DNA of 63,999 nt, counting the filler, from an uncultured bacterium (lineage in GTDB: Bacteria; Latescibacterota; UBA2968), in assembly GCA_964471275.1 (NCBI GenBank). It is 3 parts of 3 records of this genome, joined end to end, with 100 filler letters (N's around TTAATTAATTAA, not from the genome) between each part and the next. Parts side by side here need not be neighbours in the genome. Positions count along the whole stretch, not along the records: positions 1 to 22,834 come from CAYYGZ010000049.1; 2 more parts are not named here. One strand, written 5' to 3'. The notes under the pieces were generated by a model. That model worked only from the letters and a program-made list of their open reading frames with translations. It had not been told where the DNA came from and did not search any database. A program made the position numbers and the translations under genes. Shown one piece after another: positions 10,750 through 21,392 of this stretch; positions within the stretch are counted from its first letter, which is position 1; each line of letters opens with the position of its first letter.

Positions 10750-11100
10750 GTGAGTCGATCACCGGAGCAACTCCGATCTCAACACCACGCCTAAGAATCG
10801 TGCGCATACCAATCCGATGGAGGTCGCATCGCCGGTAGCTGAGGATCGCGATGAGCGTTGCTTTGGGACGGGCCTCATCCGTGCCGACCCGTCGAACCCG
10901 TTACTTGTGCCGTCGTCCGGCTTCGCGCAAACTGGGGCTACGAAGATCGCCCCGATCTCTGTACTCGCGTGACCGAACGCAAGGATGTGTCCCCTTCGTC
11001 CGCCACACACACAACTCGTCCTCCGGAACACCTCCGTATTCGTCGAGAACGAGTGGATCCCTCAGCACTGCGATCTGCTCTGACAAGTAAACGTCATCGT
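10750..11100 (-). pseudogene. Degraded GNAT-like acetyltransferase remnant
   Basis: Fragments ELCVW / GHILAFGHASTEIGAIFVAP / ATLIAILSY lie in different frames. Confidence 0.3.
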
Positions 11101-11128
11101 AGAGGAGTTCGTTGACTTCGGTAATCGT

Positions 11129-12063
11129 TCACTCCCCGGCAAGCAGCGCATTCGCCAGGATCTTCTCAGCGACTTCCATCGTTTTGACACAATCCCGGAA
11201 CGGTGAAGTAGTCACTTTTTTACCTGTCTTCAGCGAATCGATGAACTCGCGGTTCTTGTCCCGAAACCCACCTGACTCCCACTTGGCATCACCTCCCGCG
11301 ACCTCGCTACAGTCGAATACTTCGCCGTCGTAGTCGCCATCCTTATACAGATATCCCTTCCCCTCGACTTCAGCATCGCAGTAGATCCCCGGAGCGTGCA
11401 TCTTGACGCGAAACACTCGTCGACCGCTCGCCCAACTGTTTACGACATACCCCGTTGCATCGTTGTCGAAAAAGACTGTCGCCCCGATCCAATTGATATC
11501 CGGCGTCCCGATGCGCTTGCACTGGCTCTCGATGTCGATCACCTCGCCGCCACACATCCATCGCAGCGTATCGATCGAATGCGTGCAATCGTCCATCATA
11601 TGATCTCGTGCACCGTACATCGGGCTCATCTGACACTTGTAGAACTCGCAAAACGCGTGCGTGATCGTGCCTCTTCCAAGACAGGCTTCGCGCATCTTCT
11701 TGAGCAGGGGGCTTGATCGACGTTGGTGACTGACCTGGGTGATCACGCCCTTCTCCTCAGCAAGCGTGGCGAGCATCTGGGCTTGATGCCACGTCAGCCC
11801 CATCGGTTTCTCGATGTAGAGGCTCAGCCCTTCCTGCAGACACCACACCCAGAGGTCATACATAAGGTGAGGCTGACCGATTACGTAGATACCATCCGGT
11901 GAAACCTCCGCCACCATTTTCCGGTAGTCGTCGTATCGACCCTCGACCCCATACTGATCCGCGGTCTTCGTCAGACGTTCATGATCGACGCGAGCGATGG
12001 ATAGTGGACGCTGTTCGCCATCCCGCCAGCTCCGACCATCGCTGCCCTGATGCGGTCAACCAT
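11129..12063 (-). pseudogene. Gfo/Idh/MocA oxidoreductase with an N-terminal frameshifting deletion
   Basis: ATG 12063 gives MVDRIRAAMVGAGGMANSVHYPSLASI and then a stop. The rest (DHERLTKTADQYG...IEKP) is in another frame, and the usual ...ICD strand is missing near 11985. Confidence 0.8.
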
Positions 12064-12860
12064 CACACCTCGTCACTGTAAAACAGATGCTTCGCATAGA
12101 CGATATCCTCAGCGATCAGCTCATCGACACGACTTGAATCCGTGTATTCGGCCGTCAAACAGATATCGCCAGCGTAGTTCCGCTTCTTCAGTTCACGAAC
12201 GGTTCGCGTCCAGTAGGCCAACCCCTGACGACCCGTTGTCCAATACTTCTTCCACTCCGCCTCGGGAGCGTCGGGTCCGTTGGTCCGCATCCAGAACGCG
12301 CTCTTCAGGTTGACTACCTTAAGGTGCGACCAGACGATATCGATCGCGAGCTCGGGGGGCTCACCGTTGAGCCCGTTGTGCGCCTGGTCAAGCACCGCAC
12401 AGATATACTTCGGATCGTAGTCTTCGATCAGGTGCAGCAGACCCATCGCGTTGTTCACATTCATATCCGCGTGGTTCTGCACGCCAATCGCAACACCATG
12501 CTGGTCCAGAACAGGGATTGCGGCATCGTACTTCTCCTTCAGCTTCTTCTCCGACGCCATATATCCGATCTCGAGATCGATCTTCTCGCAGACACGAATG
12601 ATCGGTACGCCCGCTTCCGCGCACGCGGCGATTGTCACTTCGTCGGTGGGACCGGCCAGTGTCGCGATCCTTACGCCGTGATCAGCGAATATCCCCGCCG
12701 CCTCCAGAAGCCCCTTCGAGATGCCCTCAGGCTCAACCTGGAACCCGGGCCGTATCGGAAACTCCACACCGTCGAATCCCAGATCTGCCACAAACTTAGC
12801 CAACTCCGGAAGCGTCTTGTTCTTCCATGGCTTCGTAAACACTGTATATGAGATACTCAT
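12063..12860 (-). CDS. Sugar phosphate isomerase/epimerase (xylose isomerase-like TIM barrel)
   Basis: LGFDGVE, VQNH, VLDQAH and LTAEY motifs; TGATG overlap with the next gene. Confidence 0.82.
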   Translation of the reverse strand: MSISYTVFTKPWKNKTLPELAKFVADLGFDGVEFPIRPGFQVEPEGISKGLLEAAGIFADHGVRIATLAGPTDEVTIAACAEAGVPIIRVCEKIDLEIGYMASEKKLKEKYDAAIPVLDQHGVAIGVQNHADMNVNNAMGLLHLIEDYDPKYICAVLDQAHNGLNGEPPELAIDIVWSHLKVVNLKSAFWMRTNGPDAPEAEWKKYWTTGRQGLAYWTRTVRELKKRNYAGDICLTAEYTDSSRVDELIAEDIVYAKHLFYSDEV

Positions 12861-12893
12861 CACTTCGCCCTTTCCCGAACGACAAACCATCTC

Positions 12894-12921
12894 TTGTCAC
12901 TTGTCATCTGTCAGTTGCCAT
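12894..12921. repeat. Four degenerate tandem heptamers in an intergenic spacer
   Basis: ttgtcac-ttgtcat-ctgtcag-ttgccat. Confidence 0.6.
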
Positions 12922-12930
12922 TTTCTTCGG

Positions 12931-14229
12931 CTAACCGTGCCCGCCGATCTCCTCGTCCCAGGCTCGCACATCCCGGGTCAACCGGTCGACCCGTTCAGCC
13001 TCCTGATCAGCCAGATTCACTTCTTCACTCGGATCTCTGGACAGATCAGATAGATGCGCCCCGTCCACTGCCTCAATCCCGTCCTCCCTCCCGTTCAGCA
13101 CCAGCTTCCAGTTCCCCTCGCGAACCGCAAGCTGTTTGGGTCCGTATTCCCAGAAGATCTGCTCGTGTGGTGGTGTTTCTTTTCCGGTCACAAGCCCAAG
13201 CACGCTCTGCCCATCGATCTGGTGGTCTGGCAGTGGCAGCCCCGCTGCCTCGAATACCGTCGGGAAGACATCAAACATCGCGCACGGCGTATCGATCGTC
13301 TGATTGGAAGGGATCGTACCCGGGAAGGTCATTATCGCCGGCTCCCGTATACCACCCTCGTAGAGACTGCCCTTGTGTCCACGGAAGATGCCGGCCGTAC
13401 CGCCGTAGTAGAGATCTTCATTCCCGTCAAGCCAGTTCCGTGTCTCCCGTGACGGCCCGTTGTCGCTGGAAAAGAAGATCAGGGTGTTCTCATACTCACC
13501 CGCGTCTTTCAGCGCCTTCACGATCGATCCAACACCGTCATCCACCGCGGAGATCATCGCCGCCATGATACGCCTGTCTGGTGGGAGATCCGGGAAGCGG
13601 TCCAGATAAGCTCTGGGTGCGTGCATGGGATAGTGCGGCGCGTTGTAGGATGCGAAGAGAAAGAACGGATCATCCGAACCCCGTTCGATACAGTCGACCG
13701 CCTTTTCGGTTACCAGCTCGGTGAAATACCGGCCGTTATGCCAGACCTCGCGTTCGTTGTGCCAGAGATCGTGAAGCGGGTTCACCCCGCGCGCTTGTTG
13801 CCAGTAGAAAATGTGTGAGTAGTAATCGACGCAGCCTGCCAGGAAGCCGAAGAACTCGTCGAAACCGTGTCTATTCGGACGCATCTCCTCAGCCACACCC
13901 AGGTGCCATTTTCCGAACAGCGCCGTCCGGTAGCCGTGGGGCTTGAGGGCACTCGCAAGTGTCACCTCCTCAGATGGCAGCCCCGGTGTCCCGCGTTTGC
14001 CGGCCAGTATCCGGGGGACGCCTGCTCGATTCGGATAGCGCCCCGTCAACAACGCCGCCCTCGAAGGACTGCAGACGGGTGAGTTCGAATACCAATCAGT
14101 GAACCGGACACCGTCACCCGCCAGAGCGTCAAGATGAGGAGTCCTGATCTCGTCGGATCCGTAGCAGCTCAGGTCTCCGTATCCAAGATCATCTGTATAG
14201 ATGACGACTATGTTGGGTTTACTGGGCAT
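12931..14229 (-). CDS. Arylsulfatase-type (formylglycine-dependent) sulfatase
   Basis: KPNIVVIYTDDLGYGD, CSPSRAALLTGR, GKWHLG and SDNG motifs; start MPSKPN. Confidence 0.93.
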   Translation of the reverse strand: MPSKPNIVVIYTDDLGYGDLSCYGSDEIRTPHLDALAGDGVRFTDWYSNSPVCSPSRAALLTGRYPNRAGVPRILAGKRGTPGLPSEEVTLASALKPHGYRTALFGKWHLGVAEEMRPNRHGFDEFFGFLAGCVDYYSHIFYWQQARGVNPLHDLWHNEREVWHNGRYFTELVTEKAVDCIERGSDDPFFLFASYNAPHYPMHAPRAYLDRFPDLPPDRRIMAAMISAVDDGVGSIVKALKDAGEYENTLIFFSSDNGPSRETRNWLDGNEDLYYGGTAGIFRGHKGSLYEGGIREPAIMTFPGTIPSNQTIDTPCAMFDVFPTVFEAAGLPLPDHQIDGQSVLGLVTGKETPPHEQIFWEYGPKQLAVREGNWKLVLNGREDGIEAVDGAHLSDLSRDPSEEVNLADQEAERVDRLTRDVRAWDEEIGGHG

Positions 14230-14266
14230 TCTATCTTCCAGGATGGTTGTGAGCGTTTGGACTCTG

Positions 14267-15423
14267 TCAGATCGAAAGCGCTTCCTGTTTTCGTGGGTCC
14301 AGGCTAACACCCAGATCTGATGCCGGTCGTGCGCAAAGGTTGCCGTTCGTGTAGTGGAGCAGCTCTTCGCAGACATCATCGATGAGAAGATCTGGGCCGA
14401 CAAGATCACAGGCTTCTGGCACGACTCTCGAACTCAGTCCAAGATGCAAGGCAATCGCGGTTCCTGGCGAGAGTTCGACGGTGCTGCCAAGAAGGACGTC
14501 GGTGCCGCTTATCTCTGCGAGCTGTATCAGTCTCTGTGCCCGATAGACCCCGCCGGCCTGTCCCGGTATCACATTGAAGCAGTCGACCGCATCGTGTTGC
14601 GCGAGCGCACGAGCAAATGCATCATCGGAATCGGATACGTGCTCGATCACGCGGACCGGCACCGAGGCCCTCGCTCTGGCGAGATCTGCTGCCACATCGT
14701 CAACGTTCTCGTTGACCTGCCCCGGAGAATTCTTTGCTATGCTCCTGGCGGCTGCTTTCACCGGGGTTTCCACGGCATCGACATTCTGTGTGTGCATCTC
14801 ATTCAGCTTCGCGATCACCTCCTCCCCCCCCACTCCCCGCTCGCATCAACACGAACGTGCGCACCGGGGCCCGTAAATCCCCTTCACCGTCTTGAGCTGC
14901 TCCAGATCGGACGCGTGATCGGCCCCGACTTTCAGCTTAAAGGCTCTGAATCCCAGATCGGCCTTCTCCCGAATCTCTTCTTCGATCCCCTCCCCGTCCC
15001 GGATAAAGGCGACCCACGATACAGGCAGAGCAGGTCGCTTCAGACCGCCGAGCATCTCGTAGACCGGGATGCCATATGCGCGGGCAGTCACATCCAGTAG
15101 AGAGACCTCGGCGGCAGCCAATATCGCCGCCCGCAGCTCCCGATGCAGACCGGATGCCAGGTCTGCTGCTACGCCTTCGACAAGGTTATGTCGGTAAGCG
15201 TGTGCGTGAGTCTGTTCTGCAGATCATCCGAGTCAACGATCCCCCAATCCGGTTCGATGTCAGATACCTACCCAAGCCCGACTCCCCCGCCGGTCGCCAT
15301 CAGCTCAATCAGCAGAAACTCGGAGCCGGCTTTGCCGCCCTCGTGGCCGCCCATCGGGGCAACACGAGTGTTGTAGATCCGGGGCACGGTGACGCGATGA
15401 AACCGGATGTCCTGAATTTCCAC
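14267..15423 (-). pseudogene. Mandelate racemase/muconate lactonizing enzyme family, disrupted
   Basis: GTG 15423 follows an AGGTGAGG RBS. There is an in-frame TAG at 15268-15270 (VGLG*VSD, where GE is expected), and the fragments YGIPVYEMLGG..FKLKVG and VETP..VIEH are in different frames. Confidence 0.82.
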
Positions 15424-15552
15424 TTTGCCTCACCTGATAGGGTACGACTGTATCCACGTCCGGGCGCACGCAAAGGGCACTCATGACCTCTCAACAGTGG
15501 GTTGAAATGCCCCAACCCGGGTCTCGGGCACCCCGGTGTAGGATTCAGACAA

Positions 15553-15586
15553 ATGGGTCCCGAGATCTCGCGATCCCGGGACCCGT
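15553..15586 (-). terminator. 15-bp hairpin with GCGA tetraloop downstream of phoX
   Basis: ACGGGTCCCGGGATC-GCGA-GATCTCGGGACCCAT on the minus strand; weak U tail. Confidence 0.55.
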
Positions 15587-15604
15587 TCACTCGGATGCCT
15601 GCGC

Positions 15605-16987
15605 TCAGCTTCTATTCCAGGGCCCTGTGATCGCAAGCGTGATTCCCGGATTCTGGATATTCACAAACAGAGTCGATCCATCGGGGGAGAACGTCGCACC
15701 AGCGAACTCGCTCGAGGTGTATCGGTTACTGCCAAAGCGGTAGATCTCTCCCTCGGGCGTAACACCCACCAGATTATCCCCGCCAGACCCGTCTTCACAG
15801 ACGATCAGATCTCCCCACGGTGCGACGGTCAGGTTGTCCGCACGATCGACGAGCGCCTTGTCATCGGGCTCCACAAAGAGCTCCAGCGAGCCGGGACTAT
15901 TCTCCTCCTCTGACGTCCCCTCGAAGGGGCTGGGAACATACTTCCAGATCTGGCCGTGCTTTCCCTTCCCTCCGTTGGTGCAGGCGAAATAGACAGCATC
16001 ATTGCCATACCACATTCCTTCACCCCGGGCGAAGCGAGCCGCTCCCTTATTCCACCCCTGGAACCGGAGATCATCGTTCGGTGATTCGATATTCTCAATA
16101 TCGATCCAGGTAACTGCAAGATGATGACCGACGGGAACGGTCTGGTGATCCTCCCAGTTGCGTGTATCCAGGCGTTTCCCGTCACGAGCACCCAAGGCCT
16201 GGAGCCGCCCCCCCCTGGCCAGCTTCCCGGGTAAGTTCGGGATATATCGGTAAATCAGACCTTCACCATTGTCTTCTGTCTGATACACACAACCCGACTT
16301 TGGATCGACAGCGATCGCCTCGTGGTTGAACCGACCCATCTCCTTGAGCGGTACCGGATCCACCAGCCCTTGGGCCTCGGCGGACACCTCAAAATTATAC
16401 CCGTGGTCCACACGTGTCTCTTCTCCGGCTCGCGTCGTCGTCTCTTCACAGGTGACCCACGAATTCCAGGGCGTTGGCCCACCCGCGCAGTTACGAATCG
16501 TGCCGATCAGGCTCAGATGATGCCGTTCAAGCTTCTGCTTCACAGTGTCATACACAAGTGTCGATGTTCCCCCGCCGCAGTATGTCTCACCCTTGCCTCT
16601 GTCGTAGAATCGGTCGGTCGGCACATCGATCATCTTCTCCTGGTTCTCACCAAGGGGGCCCCCACTGTCCCCCATCTTTCTCGGGCTGACCTCATGATTC
16701 CGTACAAGGATCGTCTTTCCGCCCGATCCGTCGAAAGTGGCCATCCCGTCGTGAGAACTTGGAACGAACAGACCGTCGTCCATCAACTCACCCGTTCTGG
16801 AAATCGCCTGGTAGGAGAAGCCCTTCGGTAGATCCACGAGCTTGCCGGGATCTGATATGAGATCACCGTAGCCGGCAGCGTTGTGCGCAGCAAGGAGGTC
16901 ACCTGAAGAGATCAACCGGTGCAACCCCGAGAAACCGAGGGAAACGGCCCCTGCCGTCTTCAGGAATGAACGTCGGGTTTGTGTCAT
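15605..16987 (-). CDS. phoX: PhoX-family (DUF839) alkaline phosphatase, Tat-exported
   Basis: TRRSFLK Tat motif; HDGM, RNHE, NCAGGPTPW..W.TCEE, GRFNHEA, DNL, EFAG and NIQ.PG motifs. Confidence 0.9.
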   Translation of the reverse strand: MTQTRRSFLKTAGAVSLGFSGLHRLISSGDLLAAHNAAGYGDLISDPGKLVDLPKGFSYQAISRTGELMDDGLFVPSSHDGMATFDGSGGKTILVRNHEVSPRKMGDSGGPLGENQEKMIDVPTDRFYDRGKGETYCGGGTSTLVYDTVKQKLERHHLSLIGTIRNCAGGPTPWNSWVTCEETTTRAGEETRVDHGYNFEVSAEAQGLVDPVPLKEMGRFNHEAIAVDPKSGCVYQTEDNGEGLIYRYIPNLPGKLARGGRLQALGARDGKRLDTRNWEDHQTVPVGHHLAVTWIDIENIESPNDDLRFQGWNKGAARFARGEGMWYGNDAVYFACTNGGKGKHGQIWKYVPSPFEGTSEEENSPGSLELFVEPDDKALVDRADNLTVAPWGDLIVCEDGSGGDNLVGVTPEGEIYRFGSNRYTSSEFAGATFSPDGSTLFVNIQNPGITLAITGPWNRS

Positions 16988-17007
16988 TGTCTTTTCAGTT
17001 CCTTAGA

Positions 17008-17640
17008 TCAGCGGCTACGCGAGGACAGGACTTGTCTCCACGAATCCGATAGAAATGTGTTCGATAGCAGTCGCTGTAGACCGTCCTCGCCTTCCAGCCG
17101 GTCATACATCACGCGATTGGCATACTCGATGGTGCACGTGGCCTCGTCTCGTGATAGGATCTGGATGGGGTCGTCTGTGCCGACATCCCCCTCATCCAGC
17201 ACTCGGAGATAGAAACCTGTCAAACCAAGCTCGATGACACGAGCAGAGAAGGTTGGGTCGCCAATCTTCTTCCCGAGCTTATGACACGGCTGGCGAGGCT
17301 GGCTGACCTGTAGGCGGGTCCGACCGATCGCATAGATATCTCCGATTCGGGTGTCGCTCTCGAGCATTCTGCTGACCGTCAGGTTCTCCCCGAAGGTGCC
17401 GACAGGGAAATGCATGCCTGTCTCTTCCTCCCAGAAAGCATAGTGATCCGCGCAATACACGCAGACCGCCTTGTCTTCACCACCGTGGTTCTTCCGATCT
17501 ACCTGCACATCTCCCCTCGGACCGGTTCGTGTTAGATACACCCGACTCTCAACAGGAGACTTGAAGATCCCCGTGCGGACGTGTTCACCCGCGAAAGACA
17601 ATCGCGTGTTCGAACCGATGTTGACTGAGAGGACTCTCAC
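17008..17640 (-). CDS. MOSC domain protein with 3-alpha domain (YiiM-like)
   Basis: TGIFK, HGGEDKAV, FGENL, VSQPRQPCHKL and TGFYLRVL motifs. Confidence 0.9.
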   Translation of the reverse strand: MRVLSVNIGSNTRLSFAGEHVRTGIFKSPVESRVYLTRTGPRGDVQVDRKNHGGEDKAVCVYCADHYAFWEEETGMHFPVGTFGENLTVSRMLESDTRIGDIYAIGRTRLQVSQPRQPCHKLGKKIGDPTFSARVIELGLTGFYLRVLDEGDVGTDDPIQILSRDEATCTIEYANRVMYDRLEGEDGLQRLLSNTFLSDSWRQVLSSRSR

Positions 17641-18652
17641 GAGTCACGTGAGGAGACGTCGAGATCCAGGATATTCACACCGTCGCAGTAATTCTGGGCC
17701 TGATACCGTCTGACCTGACTCATCTTCTTCACCATATTTGCGATCCGGTGGATCAGGTGATTGATCTGTTCGAGATTCTGATACGCCTTGGTGTCTTCGC
17801 TCATATCCGAAAACATCAGCTCGAGACGCACCTTGATCACGGCCAGCGGGTTGTTGATCTCGTGAGCCGCGGCGCCGGCCAACTCGATGATGGCCAGGTC
17901 TCGTTGCTTCTCCGATGTGAGCTGAGCGACTTCCCTGATCCGGATCTGGGCCTGAACACGAGCGCTGAGTTCACACCAGTCAGAGGGTTTCCGTACATAG
18001 TCGTTTGCACCCAGATCAAGCCCCTCTGCTGCCTCTTCTGCGCCAGTGGCGTGCGCCGGACCGGAATGTCCCTGAAGTTCTTCTCTGCACGCATCCGCCG
18101 AAGCAGCCCCAGACCATCGAGTTGCCGCATATCGATGTCGGTCAGCACCAAGTCGGGCATCTCAGTCAGACGATCCAGTGCTTCCTGCCCGTCCATTGTC
18201 GTGATAACGTCGTAGCCATCCTTCTCCAACCTAACCTGGAGGCTCTTCGGAAGACTCTAGTCATCATCGACGACAAGGATCCTTCCGTGCTTGCCACCCG
18301 CTTCGGCCGCGGCGAGACGGGCTCTGACAAGTGCTCTCAGGTCCTCCGGGGCCTCGCCTCCGCCCAGCCAGACGAATCGCCGTTCATCCTCACCGTCCTG
18401 ATTCGACCGCATCACCAGCGGCGGTATCGGTCGACCTGCACATATCTCCTAAAGCGTTTCGACAAGCGCGAACGCGTCCAGACCGGGCAGATCGACATCG
18501 GCAATGATCAGCTCAGGCAGTCTCCTGCGAAGCTCTTGGTCAACGCCTTCACCCGTATCACAGGTGACAAACGTATGCCCATCGAGGATGAGCACATCCA
18601 CATACCGCTGCCTTACGGATTCATGAGCCGTTGCCAGCAGAATCTTGACCAT
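17637..18652 (-). pseudogene. REC-REC-HisKA (no ATPase domain) signalling protein, disrupted
   Basis: One frame with in-frame TAGs at 18449 and 18257 covers two receiver domains. A frameshift near 18060 leads to GANDYVRKP...AAHEINNPL. Confidence 0.8.
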
Positions 18653-18658
18653 CTCGAG

Positions 18659-20068
18659 TCACTCAGGTGTGGGAGGCACGCGTTTGTGCCAGTTCGTTGC
18701 GTGCTCGTAGGCACGTGCGAGTTTGAGAACCGTATGCTCGTCGTATGGTTTGCCAATGATCTGTAGACCTATGGGAAGCCCGTCCTTGCTGAACCCACAG
18801 GGGACGGATACAGCGCAGAGCCCCAGGTAGTTCACAATACGTGTGGTCAGGCGGGCCGGTGCCTTCGATACATCGCTGATACGGGGCGCCGGGTAGAGTG
18901 TTGTTGGCGTCAGAAGAGCGTCGACGCGCTGCATCCGACTCACCGCGGAGTCACCAAGAAGCCGCTGATTCCTGATTGCCTCCGCGTAGTCCGCTGCCGT
19001 AACGGTCCCGCCGATCTCGATCCGTTGCTTGATACGGGGGTCAATATCTCCGCCTCTGTCGCGTAGCGTCTCTCGATGACAAGCATACCCCTCAACACAC
19101 ATGATCGAGACACTACCACGGCCCTCGAGTTCTGCATCCAGTTCGGTTCTCGCCTCGGGCAGTTCAAAAACGTCGACGTCCACACCGGCTGTTTCGAGCA
19201 CCTTGGCTGCAGCGTCCACCGAATCAGTGACCTCCTCGTCTGCATCGTCGAAGAACGGGTCCCGCACGATCCCGACACGCATCTCCGTCGCCTCTTCGTC
19301 GATACCGTCTGCAACCCCATCGAATGTGGGACCGTCACCCGTTATCGAGTCATTCTTGTCGTAGCCCGCGATCGCGTCAAACACAATCGCAGCATCGGAC
19401 ACGGTTCGCGTCAACGGCCCGACGCTATCCAATGTCCAGCTCAGCGGCACCACCCCCGAACGACTGACTCGCTGAACGGTGGGCTTGAGACCGACAATGC
19501 CAGAGAACGAAGCAGGCAACCTGATGGATCCGCCAGTATCGGTCCCGATGGCCGCCACAGCACACCCTCTGCCCACAGCACCACCCGATCCACAACTGGA
19601 ACCACCGGGCACGCGATCGGCGCACCAGGGGTTTGGTGGTGTACCGTAGTGAGGGTTCAGACCATAGGGTCCAAACGCAAATTCGACGAGGTTGGTCTTG
19701 CCAAGGAGTACGCTGCCGGAGGCCGCGAGACGACGAGCGATCGTTGCGTCCACGCGCGGTACCCGATCACGCCATATCGTCGTTCCTGCCGTCGTCGGGA
19801 TGCCCGCGGTGTCGATGAGATCCTTGAGGGCGATCGGAATCCCCTGCAGGGGCCCCCGGTCCTCACCGGACAGAAACGCCTCCTCGGCAGATTTCGCATC
19901 AGCCAGTGCACGATCTGCCGTCACAGTTATGTAGTCGTGTGAGTGATCGTCCAGTTCCTGGATCGCGTCCAGATGTGATCGGGTAACTTCGACCGGGGTC
20001 AGGTCTCCGGATCGGAAGTGCCGACCCAGTTCGTGGATCGAGAGGAATCGAAGGCCGGGATTTTCCAC
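18659..20068 (-). CDS. Amidase signature family enzyme
   Basis: GIPIALKD, GGSSCGSG and GTDTGGSIRLPA motifs. Confidence 0.92.
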   Translation of the reverse strand: MENPGLRFLSIHELGRHFRSGDLTPVEVTRSHLDAIQELDDHSHDYITVTADRALADAKSAEEAFLSGEDRGPLQGIPIALKDLIDTAGIPTTAGTTIWRDRVPRVDATIARRLAASGSVLLGKTNLVEFAFGPYGLNPHYGTPPNPWCADRVPGGSSCGSGGAVGRGCAVAAIGTDTGGSIRLPASFSGIVGLKPTVQRVSRSGVVPLSWTLDSVGPLTRTVSDAAIVFDAIAGYDKNDSITGDGPTFDGVADGIDEEATEMRVGIVRDPFFDDADEEVTDSVDAAAKVLETAGVDVDVFELPEARTELDAELEGRGSVSIMCVEGYACHRETLRDRGGDIDPRIKQRIEIGGTVTAADYAEAIRNQRLLGDSAVSRMQRVDALLTPTTLYPAPRISDVSKAPARLTTRIVNYLGLCAVSVPCGFSKDGLPIGLQIIGKPYDEHTVLKLARAYEHATNWHKRVPPTPE

Positions 20069-20073
20069 GTCAG

Positions 20074-20382
20074 CTACTTCCCGATCTCTTCTGACATTCG
20101 ATCCACCAACGTCCCCGGCGATGTTTCCTGTTCACGAACCAGTTCGCTCAGCTGCTCGACAACAAGGTCTCGAGTAGACAGGCTGTATCGATAGACATCC
20201 ATCGGGGCGATCAGCGTCACATATGCACGATTCCCGGGTGTCCAGCTCTGCGAACAGGTGCTCGGTTTAGCTGCCGCTCTATGGTCGGCGTCGAGCACGT
20301 TTGCGAAAGTGCGCAGGATCTCCTCCGAATGCAGATCGGCAGAGATCTCGGAGAACCGGGCGACCAGATCTTCCACGGTCAT
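20074..20382 (-). CDS. Hypothetical protein
   Basis: 102-aa ORF packed tightly between co-oriented genes. Confidence 0.6.
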   Translation of the reverse strand: MTVEDLVARFSEISADLHSEEILRTFANVLDADHRAAAKPSTCSQSWTPGNRAYVTLIAPMDVYRYSLSTRDLVVEQLSELVREQETSPGTLVDRMSEEIGK

Positions 20383-20384
20383 CG

Positions 20385-21392
20385 TCAGTCTACCATCGCT
20401 TTCACATCGACAACGGCTCCGCCGTTAGCAGCCGATTCGTTCGCGGCGAGGACAGCGCCCAGGCTGTTGAGTGCGTCACGATACGGGCTCAACACCTGCA
20501 AGGGGTCTTTTGCCTGAACTGCTACCACAAAGGCCTGTGCCTGCTTGGCAAACGCGATATTACCTTCCTCACGGACCCCGATAGGTTCATCGTTCTCTGT
20601 TGCCTGGTTCGCGTTCCACAGGATCATCGAGTCATCGGAGACAACCATGATCTCTCGACGGGACACCCGAACGTTCGTCAGCACGCGGCTGGTCGTCGCA
20701 TTCGCAGTGACGCCGCTCTCGAACAGGAGGTTCACATTGTATACGTGCGGCAAATCCATCGGGGGGGGACCCTCTCCGAGCTGGCGCTCGACATAGAATG
20801 CGGAGACCGAAGTGACATCTCCAAGGAAGTATCGCAACAGGTCCACGTAGTGGATAGTGTTTTCCACAAACGTCCCTCCACACAGATCCATACGACTGGT
20901 CCAGAACCGAGCGGGCGTCCCCGAATAGAGCAGCTGAATCTGTGCGTGCCGCGCAGTCCGTTCCTTAAGCAGATTATGAACGGTCTCAGAGGACGCATAG
21001 TAGCGACTCATAAACCCGACCTGCGAAACAATACCGGACTTCTGGATCGCATCGCTGAACGTCGCTGCCTGCTGGATATCGAGTGTCTGTGGCTTCTCGA
21101 TAAACATAGCGATCCCTTTTTCCGCGCAGATCATTTCGACGTCATCGTGAAGCGTCGGCGGGATACACAGGTAGACTGCGTCCAGCTCCTCCCTCTCGAA
21201 CATCTCGTGATGATCGGTGTAGACGTTCTCGACACCGTAGACCTCAGCCTGTTCGACCGCGGATTGCTCGTTTACATCACAGAATGCCTGGATAGCGACA
21301 TCACCGGACTTAACCAGTTCCCCCAGCGGCGGGAGATGCGAATGGATCGCGATATGTCCGATCCCGATAAACCCGATTCGTACTGGATTCAC
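20385..21392 (-). CDS. Gfo/Idh/MocA oxidoreductase
   Basis: IGFIGIGHIA, FIEKP and ENTIHYVD motifs. Confidence 0.9.
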   Translation of the reverse strand: MNPVRIGFIGIGHIAIHSHLPPLGELVKSGDVAIQAFCDVNEQSAVEQAEVYGVENVYTDHHEMFEREELDAVYLCIPPTLHDDVEMICAEKGIAMFIEKPQTLDIQQAATFSDAIQKSGIVSQVGFMSRYYASSETVHNLLKERTARHAQIQLLYSGTPARFWTSRMDLCGGTFVENTIHYVDLLRYFLGDVTSVSAFYVERQLGEGPPPMDLPHVYNVNLLFESGVTANATTSRVLTNVRVSRREIMVVSDDSMILWNANQATENDEPIGVREEGNIAFAKQAQAFVVAVQAKDPLQVLSPYRDALNSLGAVLAANESAANGGAVVDVKAMVD

